A stretch of 64,000 bases of DNA from an uncultured Candidatus Saccharibacteria bacterium (GTDB lineage Bacteria > Patescibacteriota > Saccharimonadia > Saccharimonadales > Saccharimonadaceae): contig CAMJKD010000002.1 in the NCBI GenBank assembly GCA_946406315.1, forward strand, positions 62,933 to 126,932, read 5' to 3'. The notes under the pieces are model-generated. The model did not search any database. It was not told where the DNA came from and saw only the letters and a program-made list of their open reading frames with translations. The position numbers and the translations under genes were made by a program. Positions 9,061-18,846 of this stretch are shown here, piece by piece. The stretch's first letter is position 1; the number at the start of each line of letters is the position of its first letter.

Positions 9061-10515
9061 CTAACTCCCTTGTTTATCTGTAGTATTTTTTTCGTATATG
9101 TATAGTCTAGCAGAATTTAACTTCTTTGGCGATGTTATAATCCGTTTTAATTTAAGATTCTCATCAGTAGATGGCTCGCCAATGGTGGCAATTGATAGAT
9201 TGTCGCGGTCGGGAATCTCTTGCATGATGGTGATATTTTGTTTATGTTCGAGTAAGCGATAAAACTCATAATCTGGATGATCAGCCGGCATGATTAAAAT
9301 AGTGCCGCTTTCGAGGTTTTCGCTAATTAGGGTAATATCGTTGTTGAAATTATTTGCCACTGCTGGCGTGTAATGGTAGCCAAAGATAAAATGCGATAAG
9401 TCGGCGAAGATAATAAAAAGAATAACAGCAACAACTGGTAAGGTGCCTACGATATGTGCATAAGGATTTTCCGGGAATAATGAATGCCATTTCTGGATAA
9501 TTGATTCGATACCGGCTGCAGTAAGGATGGCAATAGGAATGACGACTGAGATGGCGGCGTTTTGATTGAGGCCAGATACTAGGATGGCATAAATTACGAG
9601 TAAACTAACAACAGTATTGCGGGATGTGAATAGTTTGCCGATCGAGGCTAGAATACCAATGATAATTAGAGCAACCGTGGCAAGCCCAAATAGTGGAGCG
9701 AGAAAAACGCTGTCGTAAGCGGTGATAAAGCTAAAGAATGGTGCGAAAGCGGTCGATATGTTAAATATGAAATTGCTGAAGTCATGCGTAAAGACAAGTT
9801 GCACTAGGGTGCTCGTATTAGAGATACAACCAAGTGCGAGCGGGATTAATACGAGAATAAAAACAGCTACGCTGATGACTAATTGATAGACTTTAAGTTG
9901 TTTGATGCATTCGCGGAGATGTGGATGTGTAATGCCAGCTAGTGCAATGCCGAGCGAAATGTAGAGCATATGTGGCGTGTACAGAGATAAGGCTGTACAA
10001 AAAGCGAATGATATAACTAGCATCGGATGGGTATTATCGTTGCCGATAATCTTTGAGCCAAGCCAAAGAATAACCGCCAGCCAGAAAACGTACATAATAA
10101 TTGGCGCCCCAAAGCCTGATATGAACAAGAAGGCAGTAGATAAAGTGGTTAGCATAGAGCTGACAATAGCGACGTCGGATTTAAACCAGCGGTTAAGCAG
10201 TAAGATTAAAAATAGCGCCGTAAGAACAGCAATAATAATGGATGGAAGTTTAATCGTATATAGCGAGAGCCCAAAGATACTAATGCAGGCTTTTTGGAGG
10301 GCGTGATATGGTAAATCGATTACATGACCGTCGCTAATGAAGTTTTGGGTTACTTTCTGCGATTCGACGACTGATTGCATTTCGGTTGAGCTGATGCCGC
10401 CTGGTGCGATACTGGGCAAAAAACTCAGAAGGCCAAAAAACACTAAGAGTAACACAAAATAGCCCCAAATAAAACGATAGCGGTACAAAAAGGGTATTTT
10501 TAATTTAGTTTTCAC
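9061..10515 (-). CDS. polytopic membrane protein, GT-C (ArnT/PMT, GT39)-like glycosyltransferase candidate
   Basis: At least 10 predicted TM segments, and an N-terminal loop plus helix pattern (LPYHALQKACISIFGLSLYTIKLPSIIIAVL) resembling GT39/GT83 enzymes. The family assignment is tentative. Confidence 0.45.
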   Translation of the reverse strand: MKTKLKIPFLYRYRFIWGYFVLLLVFFGLLSFLPSIAPGGISSTEMQSVVESQKVTQNFISDGHVIDLPYHALQKACISIFGLSLYTIKLPSIIIAVLTALFLILLLNRWFKSDVAIVSSMLTTLSTAFLFISGFGAPIIMYVFWLAVILWLGSKIIGNDNTHPMLVISFAFCTALSLYTPHMLYISLGIALAGITHPHLRECIKQLKVYQLVISVAVFILVLIPLALGCISNTSTLVQLVFTHDFSNFIFNISTAFAPFFSFITAYDSVFLAPLFGLATVALIIIGILASIGKLFTSRNTVVSLLVIYAILVSGLNQNAAISVVIPIAILTAAGIESIIQKWHSLFPENPYAHIVGTLPVVAVILFIIFADLSHFIFGYHYTPAVANNFNNDITLISENLESGTILIMPADHPDYEFYRLLEHKQNITIMQEIPDRDNLSIATIGEPSTDENLKLKRIITSPKKLNSARLYIYEKNTTDKQGS

Positions 10516-10557
10516 TGATGATATTTTATCATGCTAAAGGCTCGGTATGCAAGCAAA

Positions 10558-11910
10558 CTACTCATGCTTATTGTCGAGTGACATGAAGCGCACGCGAGCT
10601 TTGTCGAAGTAGAGTTCAATATTGCCAGTAGCGCCACGGCGATGCTTGGCTAAAATAAGGTCGGTAATATTTTGTCGCTCAGTTTCGGGATTATAGTAAT
10701 CTTCGCGATAAAGAAACATGACAATATCGGCATCCTGCTCAATGGAACCGGATTCGCGTAAATCGGAAAGCATCGGAATTTGTGGGCTACGCGACTCAAC
10801 AGTACGCGAGAGCTGCGACAATGCGATAACGGGGACATTTAATTCGCGTGCGATTAACTTAAGGCCGCGGGAGATTTCGGAGATTTCCTGGACGCGATTA
10901 TCCATTGAACGTTTTGATGAGCCGCTCATGAGCTGAAGGTAGTCTACAACAATGAGGCCAATATCATTGTCGTGAGCAGCGCGACGGGCTTTGGTGCGCA
11001 TTTCCATGACGGTTAGCCCTGGCGTATCGTCGATGAAAATTGGTAATTCAGATAATTCAGACATAGCTTCGGATATTTGCGAAAAGTCATCGCCAGAGAA
11101 ATTGCCGGTCTCGAGCTTAAACGATTCAATACCAGAAGCGTCGGATAGCATACGGTTAATTAACTGCTGTTTGCCCATCTCGAGCGAGAAGACTAAGACG
11201 GCTTTGTTATTGATACGGGCGACGTTACTGGCGAAATTGAGTGCTAATGCGGTTTTGCCCATGGCTGGACGAGCAGCGAGAATAATAAGATCGGATTTGT
11301 GGAAACCAGCCGTAACGCGATCGAGGTCTGGATAGCCAGTTTTGAAGCCAGCAATACTACCTTTGTTTTCATGAAGATTTTCGAGTAAATCGAAAGTTTC
11401 AGACAGTAAATCGGAAATTGAGATTAGATCATTATGGACATTTTGCTCAGAAACTTCAAAAAGCGAGCGTTCAGCTTGGCCGAGTAATTCCATGGTTTCG
11501 GATTCTTCATTGTAGGCATTTTCAGTAATATTTGCAGCAGCGGCAATTAGACGGCGACGTACGGCAGCTTTGTTGATGATTTCGGCATAGGCTTTAGCAT
11601 GAGCGGCGGTGGGTACGAAGTTGGCGAGCTCGGATAGATAAGCCGAGCCGCCGGCTTTTTCGGTAAGCTTCTTCTTTTTAAGCTCGTCCCGAACAGTTAA
11701 AAGATCAACTGGCTGATGGCGTTCATAGAGATTCCACATGGCATTATAAATATGGCGATGGCGCTCATCGTAGAAGTCTTGCGGTTTAACTATTTCCGTA
11801 ATGTCGGGTAATGATTCCTCTGAGATTAAGATTGCGCCAAGGAGAGATTTTTCGGCGTCAAGATTTTGCGGCGGAATACGCTCTGCACTGTTCTTGTCTT
11901 TATTCGGCAT
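10558..11910 (-). CDS. dnaB: replicative DNA helicase DnaB
   Basis: PPQNLDAEKSLLGAIL N-terminus, Walker A ARPAMGKTALAL, Walker B LIVVDYLQLM, and the SQLSR and RESGSIEQDAD motifs. Confidence 0.95.
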   Translation of the reverse strand: MPNKDKNSAERIPPQNLDAEKSLLGAILISEESLPDITEIVKPQDFYDERHRHIYNAMWNLYERHQPVDLLTVRDELKKKKLTEKAGGSAYLSELANFVPTAAHAKAYAEIINKAAVRRRLIAAAANITENAYNEESETMELLGQAERSLFEVSEQNVHNDLISISDLLSETFDLLENLHENKGSIAGFKTGYPDLDRVTAGFHKSDLIILAARPAMGKTALALNFASNVARINNKAVLVFSLEMGKQQLINRMLSDASGIESFKLETGNFSGDDFSQISEAMSELSELPIFIDDTPGLTVMEMRTKARRAAHDNDIGLIVVDYLQLMSGSSKRSMDNRVQEISEISRGLKLIARELNVPVIALSQLSRTVESRSPQIPMLSDLRESGSIEQDADIVMFLYREDYYNPETERQNITDLILAKHRRGATGNIELYFDKARVRFMSLDNKHE

Positions 11911-13354
11911 CGAGTTGTACTTCCTCTCCCCCGCCCATTAATTCTGCGATATCGGCCATCACGGGGTCTTTATTCAGGGTTTGGTCACTTATTTCAATGG
12001 TGTATTTTCCGCCTAAAAATTCAGCAATCATAGGCGCTTTCGCGTCGAGTTTTTGTTTACTAAGAGACGGCTTGTTGGATGTTTTCTGGGCGTTGGAAGC
12101 GTTAGTGTAAATATTGAGCGTATCGCCGTCAAAAACATAATCGGCTTTTTGCATGAAGCTGGAAATGGCTGGATATTTATCATGTACGAAATTTAAAATA
12201 TTATTCCAAATTTCCGCATCATCGGCACTAGGTTCGGTCGCAATGGCTGCTGGCGCGGATTTTTCTTCTGGCGCTGGCGCAACTGGTTCGGCGGTTTCTG
12301 TCGGTTCTTCGACGGGCTTCGGCTTGGCGGTTAATGTTGGTTTAGGTGTGGTTTTTGGCGCTACGCTAGGCTTTAGCTGAACTGTTGGTGCTGATAAGAT
12401 GGCGTGACCGGGTGTGTTGGGCGTGATGTTTTGTGGGATGACGGCGAGCAGCAATTTGGCGTGAGGATAGGCAGAACGTGAAACATCGAGTAATTTGTCC
12501 AAGAGTTCAAGATGAATTGGCTGTGGATTAGCAAGAATTTCACTAATAAGATTTTCGGCAATTACGTCTGGCTTGATGCCGGAATCGAGCAGGCTTTGTA
12601 ATTGTTCGCGAATACGATTAGCGTCTCCGGCGGCGTAGCCATTGAGGATGTTAGTGATTGCTTCAGCTTGAGGTAAGCCGAGGGCTTTAGTGATTAAATC
12701 GGCGTCGATTTTTTCATCGCTAAGTGTGGAAATTTGGTCAAGCAAACTGAGTGAATCGCGGAAAGATCCGCCACCACGTTTAACTACAATTTTGAGCGCA
12801 TCGTCGGTGATATTGATATTCTCTTTTTTGGCGATTTGCTTGAGATAATCAAACATCGTGCTCGGGTCTGCAAGCTTAAAAGTGTAAGTTTGACTGCGCG
12901 ATGTAATAGTAATCGGAACTTTATATGCGTCAGTGGTTGCCATGATAAAAATAACGTGCTCGGGTGGTTCTTCTAGAGTTTTTAGGAGTGCATTGAATGC
13001 GGATTTAGAAAGCATATGCACTTCATCGATGATGTAAATTTTGTACTTTCCTTTAGTTGGTGCAATAATGGCACGTTCACGTAAGTCGCGAATATTGTCG
13101 ACGCCAGTATTACTGGCGGCGTCAATCTCGATAATATCTAAGTAATCATCTTCGAGTTCGTATTTGAATCCATTAATTTCGTGCGCCAAAATACGAGCAA
13201 CGGATGTTTTGCCAGTGCCGCGTGGGCCAATAAATAAATAAGCGTGTGCAAGTTTACCATTCTTCAATGAATTCTGAAGAATGTTAGTAATTTGTTCTTG
13301 CCCAATTACCTCACTTAGCGTTTTGGGACGATATCTACGATACAACGCCTTCAT
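11900..13354 (-). CDS. dnaX: DNA polymerase III subunit gamma/tau
   Basis: YRPKTLSEVIGQE, Walker A GPRGTGKTS, IIDEVHMLS, an SRSQ sensor, then a Pro/Ala/Lys-rich linker and C-terminal domain. Confidence 0.92.
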   Translation of the reverse strand: MKALYRRYRPKTLSEVIGQEQITNILQNSLKNGKLAHAYLFIGPRGTGKTSVARILAHEINGFKYELEDDYLDIIEIDAASNTGVDNIRDLRERAIIAPTKGKYKIYIIDEVHMLSKSAFNALLKTLEEPPEHVIFIMATTDAYKVPITITSRSQTYTFKLADPSTMFDYLKQIAKKENINITDDALKIVVKRGGGSFRDSLSLLDQISTLSDEKIDADLITKALGLPQAEAITNILNGYAAGDANRIREQLQSLLDSGIKPDVIAENLISEILANPQPIHLELLDKLLDVSRSAYPHAKLLLAVIPQNITPNTPGHAILSAPTVQLKPSVAPKTTPKPTLTAKPKPVEEPTETAEPVAPAPEEKSAPAAIATEPSADDAEIWNNILNFVHDKYPAISSFMQKADYVFDGDTLNIYTNASNAQKTSNKPSLSKQKLDAKAPMIAEFLGGKYTIEISDQTLNKDPVMADIAELMGGGEEVQLDAE

Positions 13355-13436
13355 GAGATAATTTTAGCATATTTTACTCTGTTGCGCCTGGCAAACGCTT
13401 CCGCTCCTGTTGAGATTATTCTAACATAAGCCGTTT

Positions 13437-13467
13437 AAAAAGGGCGCCACTTAACATAGCGACGCCC
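13437..13467 (-). terminator. intrinsic terminator after the aquaporin gene
   Basis: On the minus strand: GGGCG...(loop)...CGCCC followed by TTTTT. Confidence 0.5.
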
Positions 13468-13483
13468 TCCTTTTTTAGCGGCA

Positions 13484-14155
13484 TTATTGCTTATTGAGAT
13501 ATTTATAGGCACAGGCTGCAAGCGCTGCACCAACGAGTGGGGCTATGATGAATCCCCAAACCTGACTAAGCGCGTCGCCGCCCATTAAAATGGCTGGCGC
13601 TAGGCTGCGAGCTGGATTGACTGATGTGCCAGTCAAATTGATACCGAGAATATGAACGAAAGTAAGGGTTAAGCCGATAACAATGCCGGCGATATGTGCT
13701 TTATTTTTGTCGCTAGTTACGCCGAGAATTGTATAAATAAATACAAAGGTCAGGATTACTTCAACGATGAGCGAAGCCCAAATGCCGCCAGCGGTTGTAG
13801 AGATAAACGAGTTTGCACCTAGATTAACGATGGCTTTGTTTGCGCCGGTGAGGGTAAGAATTGCCCAAAGAAGTAGCGATCCGCCGAGCGCGCCGAGAAC
13901 TTGCGCCACGACATAACCGCAGAATTCTTTTGCTTTAAGTTTTTTATTGAGGAACATTGCTAGCGATACAGCTGGGTTGACATGGCAACCAGAAATGTCG
14001 CCAATTGCATAAGCTGTTGCAACAATTGCGAGACCAAACGCAAGTGCGGTTGGAACGATTTCCCCATGCGTTACGACTGCGGTGCCACAGCCAAAGAGCA
14101 CCAAAATGGCCGTGCCGATAAATTCGGCGATATATTTTTTGAGTTCTTTACTCAT
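13484..14155 (-). CDS. MIP-family channel (aquaporin / glycerol facilitator)
   Basis: Six TM segments and two NPA boxes (HVNPAVS and SVNPARS). Confidence 0.9.
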   Translation of the reverse strand: MSKELKKYIAEFIGTAILVLFGCGTAVVTHGEIVPTALAFGLAIVATAYAIGDISGCHVNPAVSLAMFLNKKLKAKEFCGYVVAQVLGALGGSLLLWAILTLTGANKAIVNLGANSFISTTAGGIWASLIVEVILTFVFIYTILGVTSDKNKAHIAGIVIGLTLTFVHILGINLTGTSVNPARSLAPAILMGGDALSQVWGFIIAPLVGAALAACAYKYLNKQ

Positions 14156-14231
14156 ATGTACCTCTTAGTTTAATACTACTTTGATTGTAACATGTCTTGA
14201 GAAAATAGCATAAGTATAATATAAATTAATT

Positions 14232-14558
14232 GTGACTAGAGTACAAAAACTAAAAGAGCGAAATAGATTGTTGAATGTTTTAGTTATCGTGATAGATACG
14301 GTGGTTTTTGTGCGGGTACTGTTTAATTTTGCGCTAACTCTAAATGGCAACTGGGACGATTTGAAGGCGCCGTCTTTGATGATTTTTGTATCTTCTGCGA
14401 TGGTTGCGTTGTTTTTTGCTTTACTGAATAATTATAAATATAAAGGTCATCCGAGTTATGTTTTGGCGGCAACTTTAGTGCTTGCTGCAGCGGCTTTGTT
14501 CTTTATGTATGTACTTATAGCCGTTTCTTACATTACATTAATGGGGGTGTATGGATGA
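14232..14558 (+). CDS. small membrane protein
   Basis: 108-aa ORF with 3 hydrophobic segments. It overlaps the next ORF by ATGA. Confidence 0.4.
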   Translation: MTRVQKLKERNRLLNVLVIVIDTVVFVRVLFNFALTLNGNWDDLKAPSLMIFVSSAMVALFFALLNNYKYKGHPSYVLAATLVLAAAALFFMYVLIAVSYITLMGVYG

Positions 14559-15154
14559 ATCCAAATCAGCCGGCTTCTATGGTAGATTCAACATTGGTTG
14601 AGCCGGCATTGCAGGCGCCGCAAATGCCGCCGACTCCGCCGGTAACATTGATGCCGCAAAATATGTCAGTACAACCAGAAGGTAAAAAGAGAGTCAATAA
14701 ACCATTAATAATAGCAATAATTGCTGGCGTTGTATTTTTGGTGGTTTTGCTAGTAGTGCTATTGGTTATGTTTGGTGGCAAAAGTGGCCAGTTTGTAGCA
14801 AATTATAAAAATAGCTATAGATGTTCGATTGAAGGATTAGGCGAAAACGGCGAGTATGAATTTGAGTTAAGTTTGAGTGATGATAATTCTTACAAGTTTG
14901 CTATGGCGAAGGAAGACTATTCGATTGGTACTTATCAAGAGACTGGTAGTGAAAGAATAACCGATAAGAATGGTGCAAGAGAGATAAATTATCATCTATT
15001 AATGAAACATGAAAAGGATTTTATGGGTGATGTTGACATAACTGAGCGCTCTGGTCAAGAAAATGAGTATGTTGTCAATTTTAGCGAAAATAGTGACATC
15101 GTCGTAATTAACAATGTTGGGGCTGGAACGATGTACTATTGCAAAGTAAAATAA
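14555..15154 (+). CDS. type II membrane-anchored hypothetical protein
   Basis: Pro-rich tail, KKR, a single TM segment, then a 120-aa ectodomain. The architecture matches the protein at 3341-4471. Confidence 0.45.
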   Translation: MNPNQPASMVDSTLVEPALQAPQMPPTPPVTLMPQNMSVQPEGKKRVNKPLIIAIIAGVVFLVVLLVVLLVMFGGKSGQFVANYKNSYRCSIEGLGENGEYEFELSLSDDNSYKFAMAKEDYSIGTYQETGSERITDKNGAREINYHLLMKHEKDFMGDVDITERSGQENEYVVNFSENSDIVVINNVGAGTMYYCKVK

Positions 15155-15156
15155 AA

Positions 15157-15182
15157 ATTCCACCAATTTGGTGGAATTTTTG
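15157..15182. terminator. bidirectional intrinsic terminator
   Basis: ATTCCACCA-ATT-TGGTGGAAT flanked by an A-run and a T-run, between convergent genes. Confidence 0.55.
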
Positions 15183-15194
15183 ATGCGAGGTGTT

Positions 15195-15713
15195 TTATAG
15201 ACTAGCTTCGACGGCAGCCCAAGTCGCGTCTTCGTTGTCGGCTGGAATTACGACCGTAACTTGATCGCCAACTTTGAGTCGGAAATAGGTAACTGATGCG
15301 TAGAGAATTTTAAATTCTTTACCGTTCACTTCGACGAAGTATTGATCGTCGTGGCTTGTAAGTGTGCCGATAACAGTCTTACGTTCAACTGGCCCGATCT
15401 GTTTATACAGGAATTTGCCACTTTCGCCGATGGTGAGTTTCAGAATATCGCCTTCGACAAGCTTGGATTTGCTAGCATAGTTGGCTGGAACTGGGTAATT
15501 TTTGCCGTCGGGTCCAATCATGATTTGACCATCAAAAACTCCTTCGACAATTTTTCCTTCTGGACTGTCAATAATCGTGCTGGCTGGGGCGGTAATAATA
15601 TCGCCATCGCCGAGCATTGATGTTAATAATTCCTTTGCTGCGGATAAATTAGTCTCTGCTTCCGTGAGGAGACTGCGCAGTCTTTTTATTTGTTTTTCTG
15701 ATATTTCAGACAT
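15195..15713 (-). CDS. hypothetical protein (coiled N-terminus plus beta-rich domain)
   Basis: The ORF probably starts at MSEISEKQ, after GCGAGG. No catalytic motif recognised. Confidence 0.45.
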   Translation of the reverse strand: MSEISEKQIKRLRSLLTEAETNLSAAKELLTSMLGDGDIITAPASTIIDSPEGKIVEGVFDGQIMIGPDGKNYPVPANYASKSKLVEGDILKLTIGESGKFLYKQIGPVERKTVIGTLTSHDDQYFVEVNGKEFKILYASVTYFRLKVGDQVTVVIPADNEDATWAAVEASL

Positions 15714-15863
15714 ACCTCGCATCCTGCCTGTGTTAGTTATTAATTATATAATATATTTTTGTCTTATTCTTGTCAATGTGAGATTTTGGAGGTTTTCCAC
15801 AACTTTTACAGAGGTAGTCGTAAAAATGTTGTCTTTTTTACCATTGACTTTTTTGCTTATGCT

Positions 15864-16988
15864 TTATTCATTAAACTTCCCGAGCGTCATTTTAGCCGCA
15901 AAACGATCGCCAGCAAAGAAGATTGCGATTTGAGCCGCCCAACTGAAGATTATAAGCATTTCTGTTGCCCCTCCACTAGGGCTAGTAATGAAGCTAATCA
16001 GGCTTGGTATGAGCAAGATGAAGACATAGGCTAACACGTTTAGGGCGACAGTTTCTTTGCTTGCAGGTATGTGATATTTAGCGAGAAAAGAATAATGCAA
16101 GCCTGAGCCAATAAATATACAAATAACAGTTCCCAGAATGCCGCCTAGAAATGGCACCGATGTGAAAATGGAGGTAATGACAATACGAAGTACCATGAAT
16201 GGTAGTATAGTGGCTAGCGTGAAGGCGTTTTCTTGATCGGAAGGTAGCTTTTTGTTTAGATAACGTTTGGATACCTGTTTAAGAATATAGTAGCTATAAA
16301 AACAAGCGACAGCAACACCGGCATAAAATAACAGTTTAATATACCAAGGGAAAAACGTATCTTCTAAGCTAGGTAACACTAATAGACCGAGCCCGATAGT
16401 CTGAAAGCCGAAAGATTTTAAAATACCGGAATGAAGCTCGGAATCGTAAACGTCTTCTAGTTTTGCGCGACCAGCGATTTGTGCGCCTTTGTCTTTGCGA
16501 CGTTGCCACAGTTCTTCCTCTACGTCACTTTGCTCTGGGATGGGGTCTGGATAGAGCTTTTGTAAGTTCTCTTCACTTTTCTCTGCGATGTGTTTTTCTT
16601 TTATAATTTCTGGATCGAGGTCTTGTGGTTTTTTAATCTCTTCGGCGACTTTTGCGGCTTTAGCATTGGCCAATTCTTTTTCGGCAAGAGCTTGCTTTTT
16701 GCGTTTTTGTTCGCGTTCTTCACGTTCGGCAGCTTCGCGAGCGTGCATTTTTTGTTCAAAATCTTTATCGATGATGAAATTCTTACCATCGTGGTGTGAA
16801 GCTCGTACTTCCTTCTGCTGAAAAGTTTGCTCAATGGCTGGACGCTCGTCGGTTCCATCGTAACGTGAGGCTAAGCTCTTGGACTGTTCCATAGCTTCAG
16901 GCAAGCGTGCATCGTCTTTTTGTGCCTGCGTCTTTTTCTCGGTATCTTCTGTTTTGTGGCCGGATAAATAACTCGTTTTATGCCCCAT
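15864..16988 (-). CDS. membrane protein with a Lys/Glu-rich cytoplasmic N-terminal half
   Basis: 374-aa ORF. The N-terminal 190 aa are highly charged (EREEREQKRKKQALAEKE), followed by about 6 TM segments. Confidence 0.5.
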   Translation of the reverse strand: MGHKTSYLSGHKTEDTEKKTQAQKDDARLPEAMEQSKSLASRYDGTDERPAIEQTFQQKEVRASHHDGKNFIIDKDFEQKMHAREAAEREEREQKRKKQALAEKELANAKAAKVAEEIKKPQDLDPEIIKEKHIAEKSEENLQKLYPDPIPEQSDVEEELWQRRKDKGAQIAGRAKLEDVYDSELHSGILKSFGFQTIGLGLLVLPSLEDTFFPWYIKLLFYAGVAVACFYSYYILKQVSKRYLNKKLPSDQENAFTLATILPFMVLRIVITSIFTSVPFLGGILGTVICIFIGSGLHYSFLAKYHIPASKETVALNVLAYVFILLIPSLISFITSPSGGATEMLIIFSWAAQIAIFFAGDRFAAKMTLGKFNE

Positions 16989-17019
16989 AATGCTTATAGT
17001 ATATTACTAATTAACATTT

Positions 17020-17042
17020 AAAAACAGGCGCCGAAGCGCCTG
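17020..17042 (-). terminator. intrinsic terminator
   Basis: On the minus strand: CAGGCGC-TTCG-GCGCCTG followed by TTTTT. Confidence 0.5.
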
Positions 17043-17072
17043 ACAATATTGTGAGAGAAACGGATGTGTATA

Positions 17073-17501
17073 TTAGCATGCGTACAGTCTACGTTTTTCG
17101 AGTTCTTCTTCCTCGATTCTTAATTCCTTTACTTTCTTCAAGGATCCAATTCTGACGTAGGTAAAGAATGCACAAATTAAGCTGGCGATAATAAATGCAG
17201 CGGCGTAACCATGCCAAATGCAGATGATTGCGACATCTATGGCTGCTCTTAAGCTGAAGAATGCCGACAGAGTTCGGCAATAGTTAATTCCTCCCCAGCG
17301 ATCAAAGCAGTTCCATCTGATTGGCGTGCCGGCAATAATAATGGCGATAAGGTAACTTCTAAGTCCGCTCCATATGCCGCCGTCCCAGACATTAATGCTT
17401 TCACTTGCCGCCCAGGCTAACGCTATGCCCAGAATAGTAACCGCGCAGGCGATCAGCTTTGCGGTGGTTGCGCGTTTATTGATGGTTTTGTGCTCTCTCA
17501 A
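17073..17501 (-). CDS. small membrane protein
   Basis: 142-aa ORF with 4 hydrophobic segments. Confidence 0.4.
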   Translation of the reverse strand: MREHKTINKRATTAKLIACAVTILGIALAWAASESINVWDGGIWSGLRSYLIAIIIAGTPIRWNCFDRWGGINYCRTLSAFFSLRAAIDVAIICIWHGYAAAFIIASLICAFFTYVRIGSLKKVKELRIEEEELEKRRLYAC

Positions 17502-17611
17502 TCATATCCCCCCCTTCCTGTGATCTAGGTACTAGGTAGTAATGCGACTATCTTGATAATATTATAACATTATTTACTAATAAATCAAGGAGTAGTAAAA
17601 ACGACGACACG

Positions 17612-17635
17612 AAAAAGCGACCCCCGTGAGGTCGC
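17612..17635 (-). terminator. intrinsic terminator after rplL
   Basis: On the minus strand: GCGACC-TCAC-GGGGGTCGC followed by TTTTT. Confidence 0.55.
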
Positions 17636-17672
17636 CGATTCGTAACGTTTTCTGACTAAAATTTGATAGAAC

Positions 17673-18053
17673 TTAAGCGAGTTCGACAGTTGCGCCGGCG
17701 TCTTCGAGAGCTTTCTTCATAGCTTCGGCTTCGTCCTTAGCAACCTTTTCCTTTACAGTGGCTGGAGCGCCATCGACAATAGCCTTAGCTTCGCCAAGAC
17801 CAAGACCGGTAGCTTCCTTAACAGCCTTGATAACTGCAATCTTTTGTGCGCCAGCATCTTTAAGAACAACGTTGTATTCGCTCTTCTCTTCAGCGGCAGC
17901 GGCACCAGCATCAGCTGGACCAGCGGCTACGGCAACAGCGGCAGCAGCAGGCTCAATGCCATATTCATCCTTAAGGATGGTTTTTAGCTCGTTAACTTCG
18001 AGGACGGTGAGCTTAACCAATTCCTCTGCTAGTTTCTTTACATCAGCAGCCAT
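17673..18053 (-). CDS. rplL: 50S ribosomal protein L7/L12
   Basis: The 126-aa protein has an Ala-rich hinge and a conserved C-terminal domain ([27 protein letters not shown]...EDAGATVEL). Confidence 0.95.
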   Translation of the reverse strand: MAADVKKLAEELVKLTVLEVNELKTILKDEYGIEPAAAAVAVAAGPADAGAAAAEEKSEYNVVLKDAGAQKIAVIKAVKEATGLGLGEAKAIVDGAPATVKEKVAKDEAEAMKKALEDAGATVELA

Positions 18054-18094
18054 GTTAGACTCCTTTATTTCTTATTGGTTGATAGTATAGTAAA

Positions 18095-18619
18095 TTAATT
18101 GGTTGCTTTGTCGGCAATGCCGTCGAGCAAAGCATGCAAGTTGCCGGAAAGACCATTGGTAACATCGTTGACTGGGCTGAGGAGCATATCCACAACTTGG
18201 CCAATGAGTTGATCTTTGCTTGGAAGGTCGGCAAGTGCTTTTACTTCTGTCTCGCCAAGAGTGGCGCCTTCGCCACTGAATGCACCTTTAAGTTCGAGAG
18301 CATTGTGCTCTTTCGCAAATTTTGCGAGAACCTGAGCTGGAGCAACTTCGTCGTCGTTAGAAACGGCGTAAAGTAGCTGACCTTCAAGGGCGCTAGTGTC
18401 GGTGTCTTTGTAGACTGCGATATTGCCCATTGCAACACGGACAAGGCGGTTCTTGACAATTTTAATTTTGACATTATTCTCACGCGCAGCTTTGCGAAGT
18501 TCTTGCATTTCCGCAACCGTAAGGCCTTGATACTTTGCAAAAACGGTCATCTTAGCGTCGCTGAGAAGCTCGTTTAAGTCGGCAACCAATTGTTGTTTCT
18601 TGTCTTTGCTAATTGCCAT
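18095..18619 (-). CDS. rplJ: 50S ribosomal protein L10
   Basis: 174 aa, located immediately upstream of rplL, with a typical L10 N-terminus (KDKKQQLVADLNELLSDAKMTVFAKYQGLTVAEMQELR). Confidence 0.92.
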   Translation of the reverse strand: MAISKDKKQQLVADLNELLSDAKMTVFAKYQGLTVAEMQELRKAARENNVKIKIVKNRLVRVAMGNIAVYKDTDTSALEGQLLYAVSNDDEVAPAQVLAKFAKEHNALELKGAFSGEGATLGETEVKALADLPSKDQLIGQVVDMLLSPVNDVTNGLSGNLHALLDGIADKATN

Positions 18620-18760
18620 AGATAGAAATCTCCTTTTGGTATTAGTTGGTAGCCAGAAAATGTTAAGGATTCGTCACCAATAATTACAAGAAAAAAAGAT
18701 TCTCCTCGGCGGCATGATTAAACCCGTTGGGTCGCCGCTGTCTTTGGTAACTTTGCATAT
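18620..18760 (-). promoter_or_regulatory. possible L10-leader-type attenuator in the rplJ 5' UTR
   Basis: The upstream region is long and untranslated. On the minus strand it contains the hairpin CGGCG...CGCCG followed by AGGAGAATCTTTTTTT, ahead of the rplJ RBS. I cannot run a covariance model. Confidence 0.3.
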
Positions 18761-18846
18761 TTTAACAAAATATTAATAGAAAATCAATAGGTGTGTTTTT
18801 CATAATGCTCATGTATAATTATTACAAATAGAGGTGAAGAAGAATA

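Noticed and set aside
12153-12380. 75-aa ORF antisense to the dnaX linker region.
   Set aside because: It is a shadow of the Pro/Ala-rich linker and has no independent signals.
13355-13436. Possible SRP RNA (ffs) upstream of dnaX, as in the Firmicute ffs-dnaX-ybaB-recR arrangement. A GGAA tetraloop-like element (GAGC-GGAA-GCG) is present on the minus strand.
   Set aside because: I could not fold a closing helix or find the conserved AGCA/GGAA symmetric-loop pattern of domain IV. It needs a covariance-model search before it can be called.
17758-18090. 110-aa Ala-rich ORF antisense to rplL.
   Set aside because: It is a shadow ORF of the GC-rich, Ala-rich rplL hinge. rplL itself is unambiguous.
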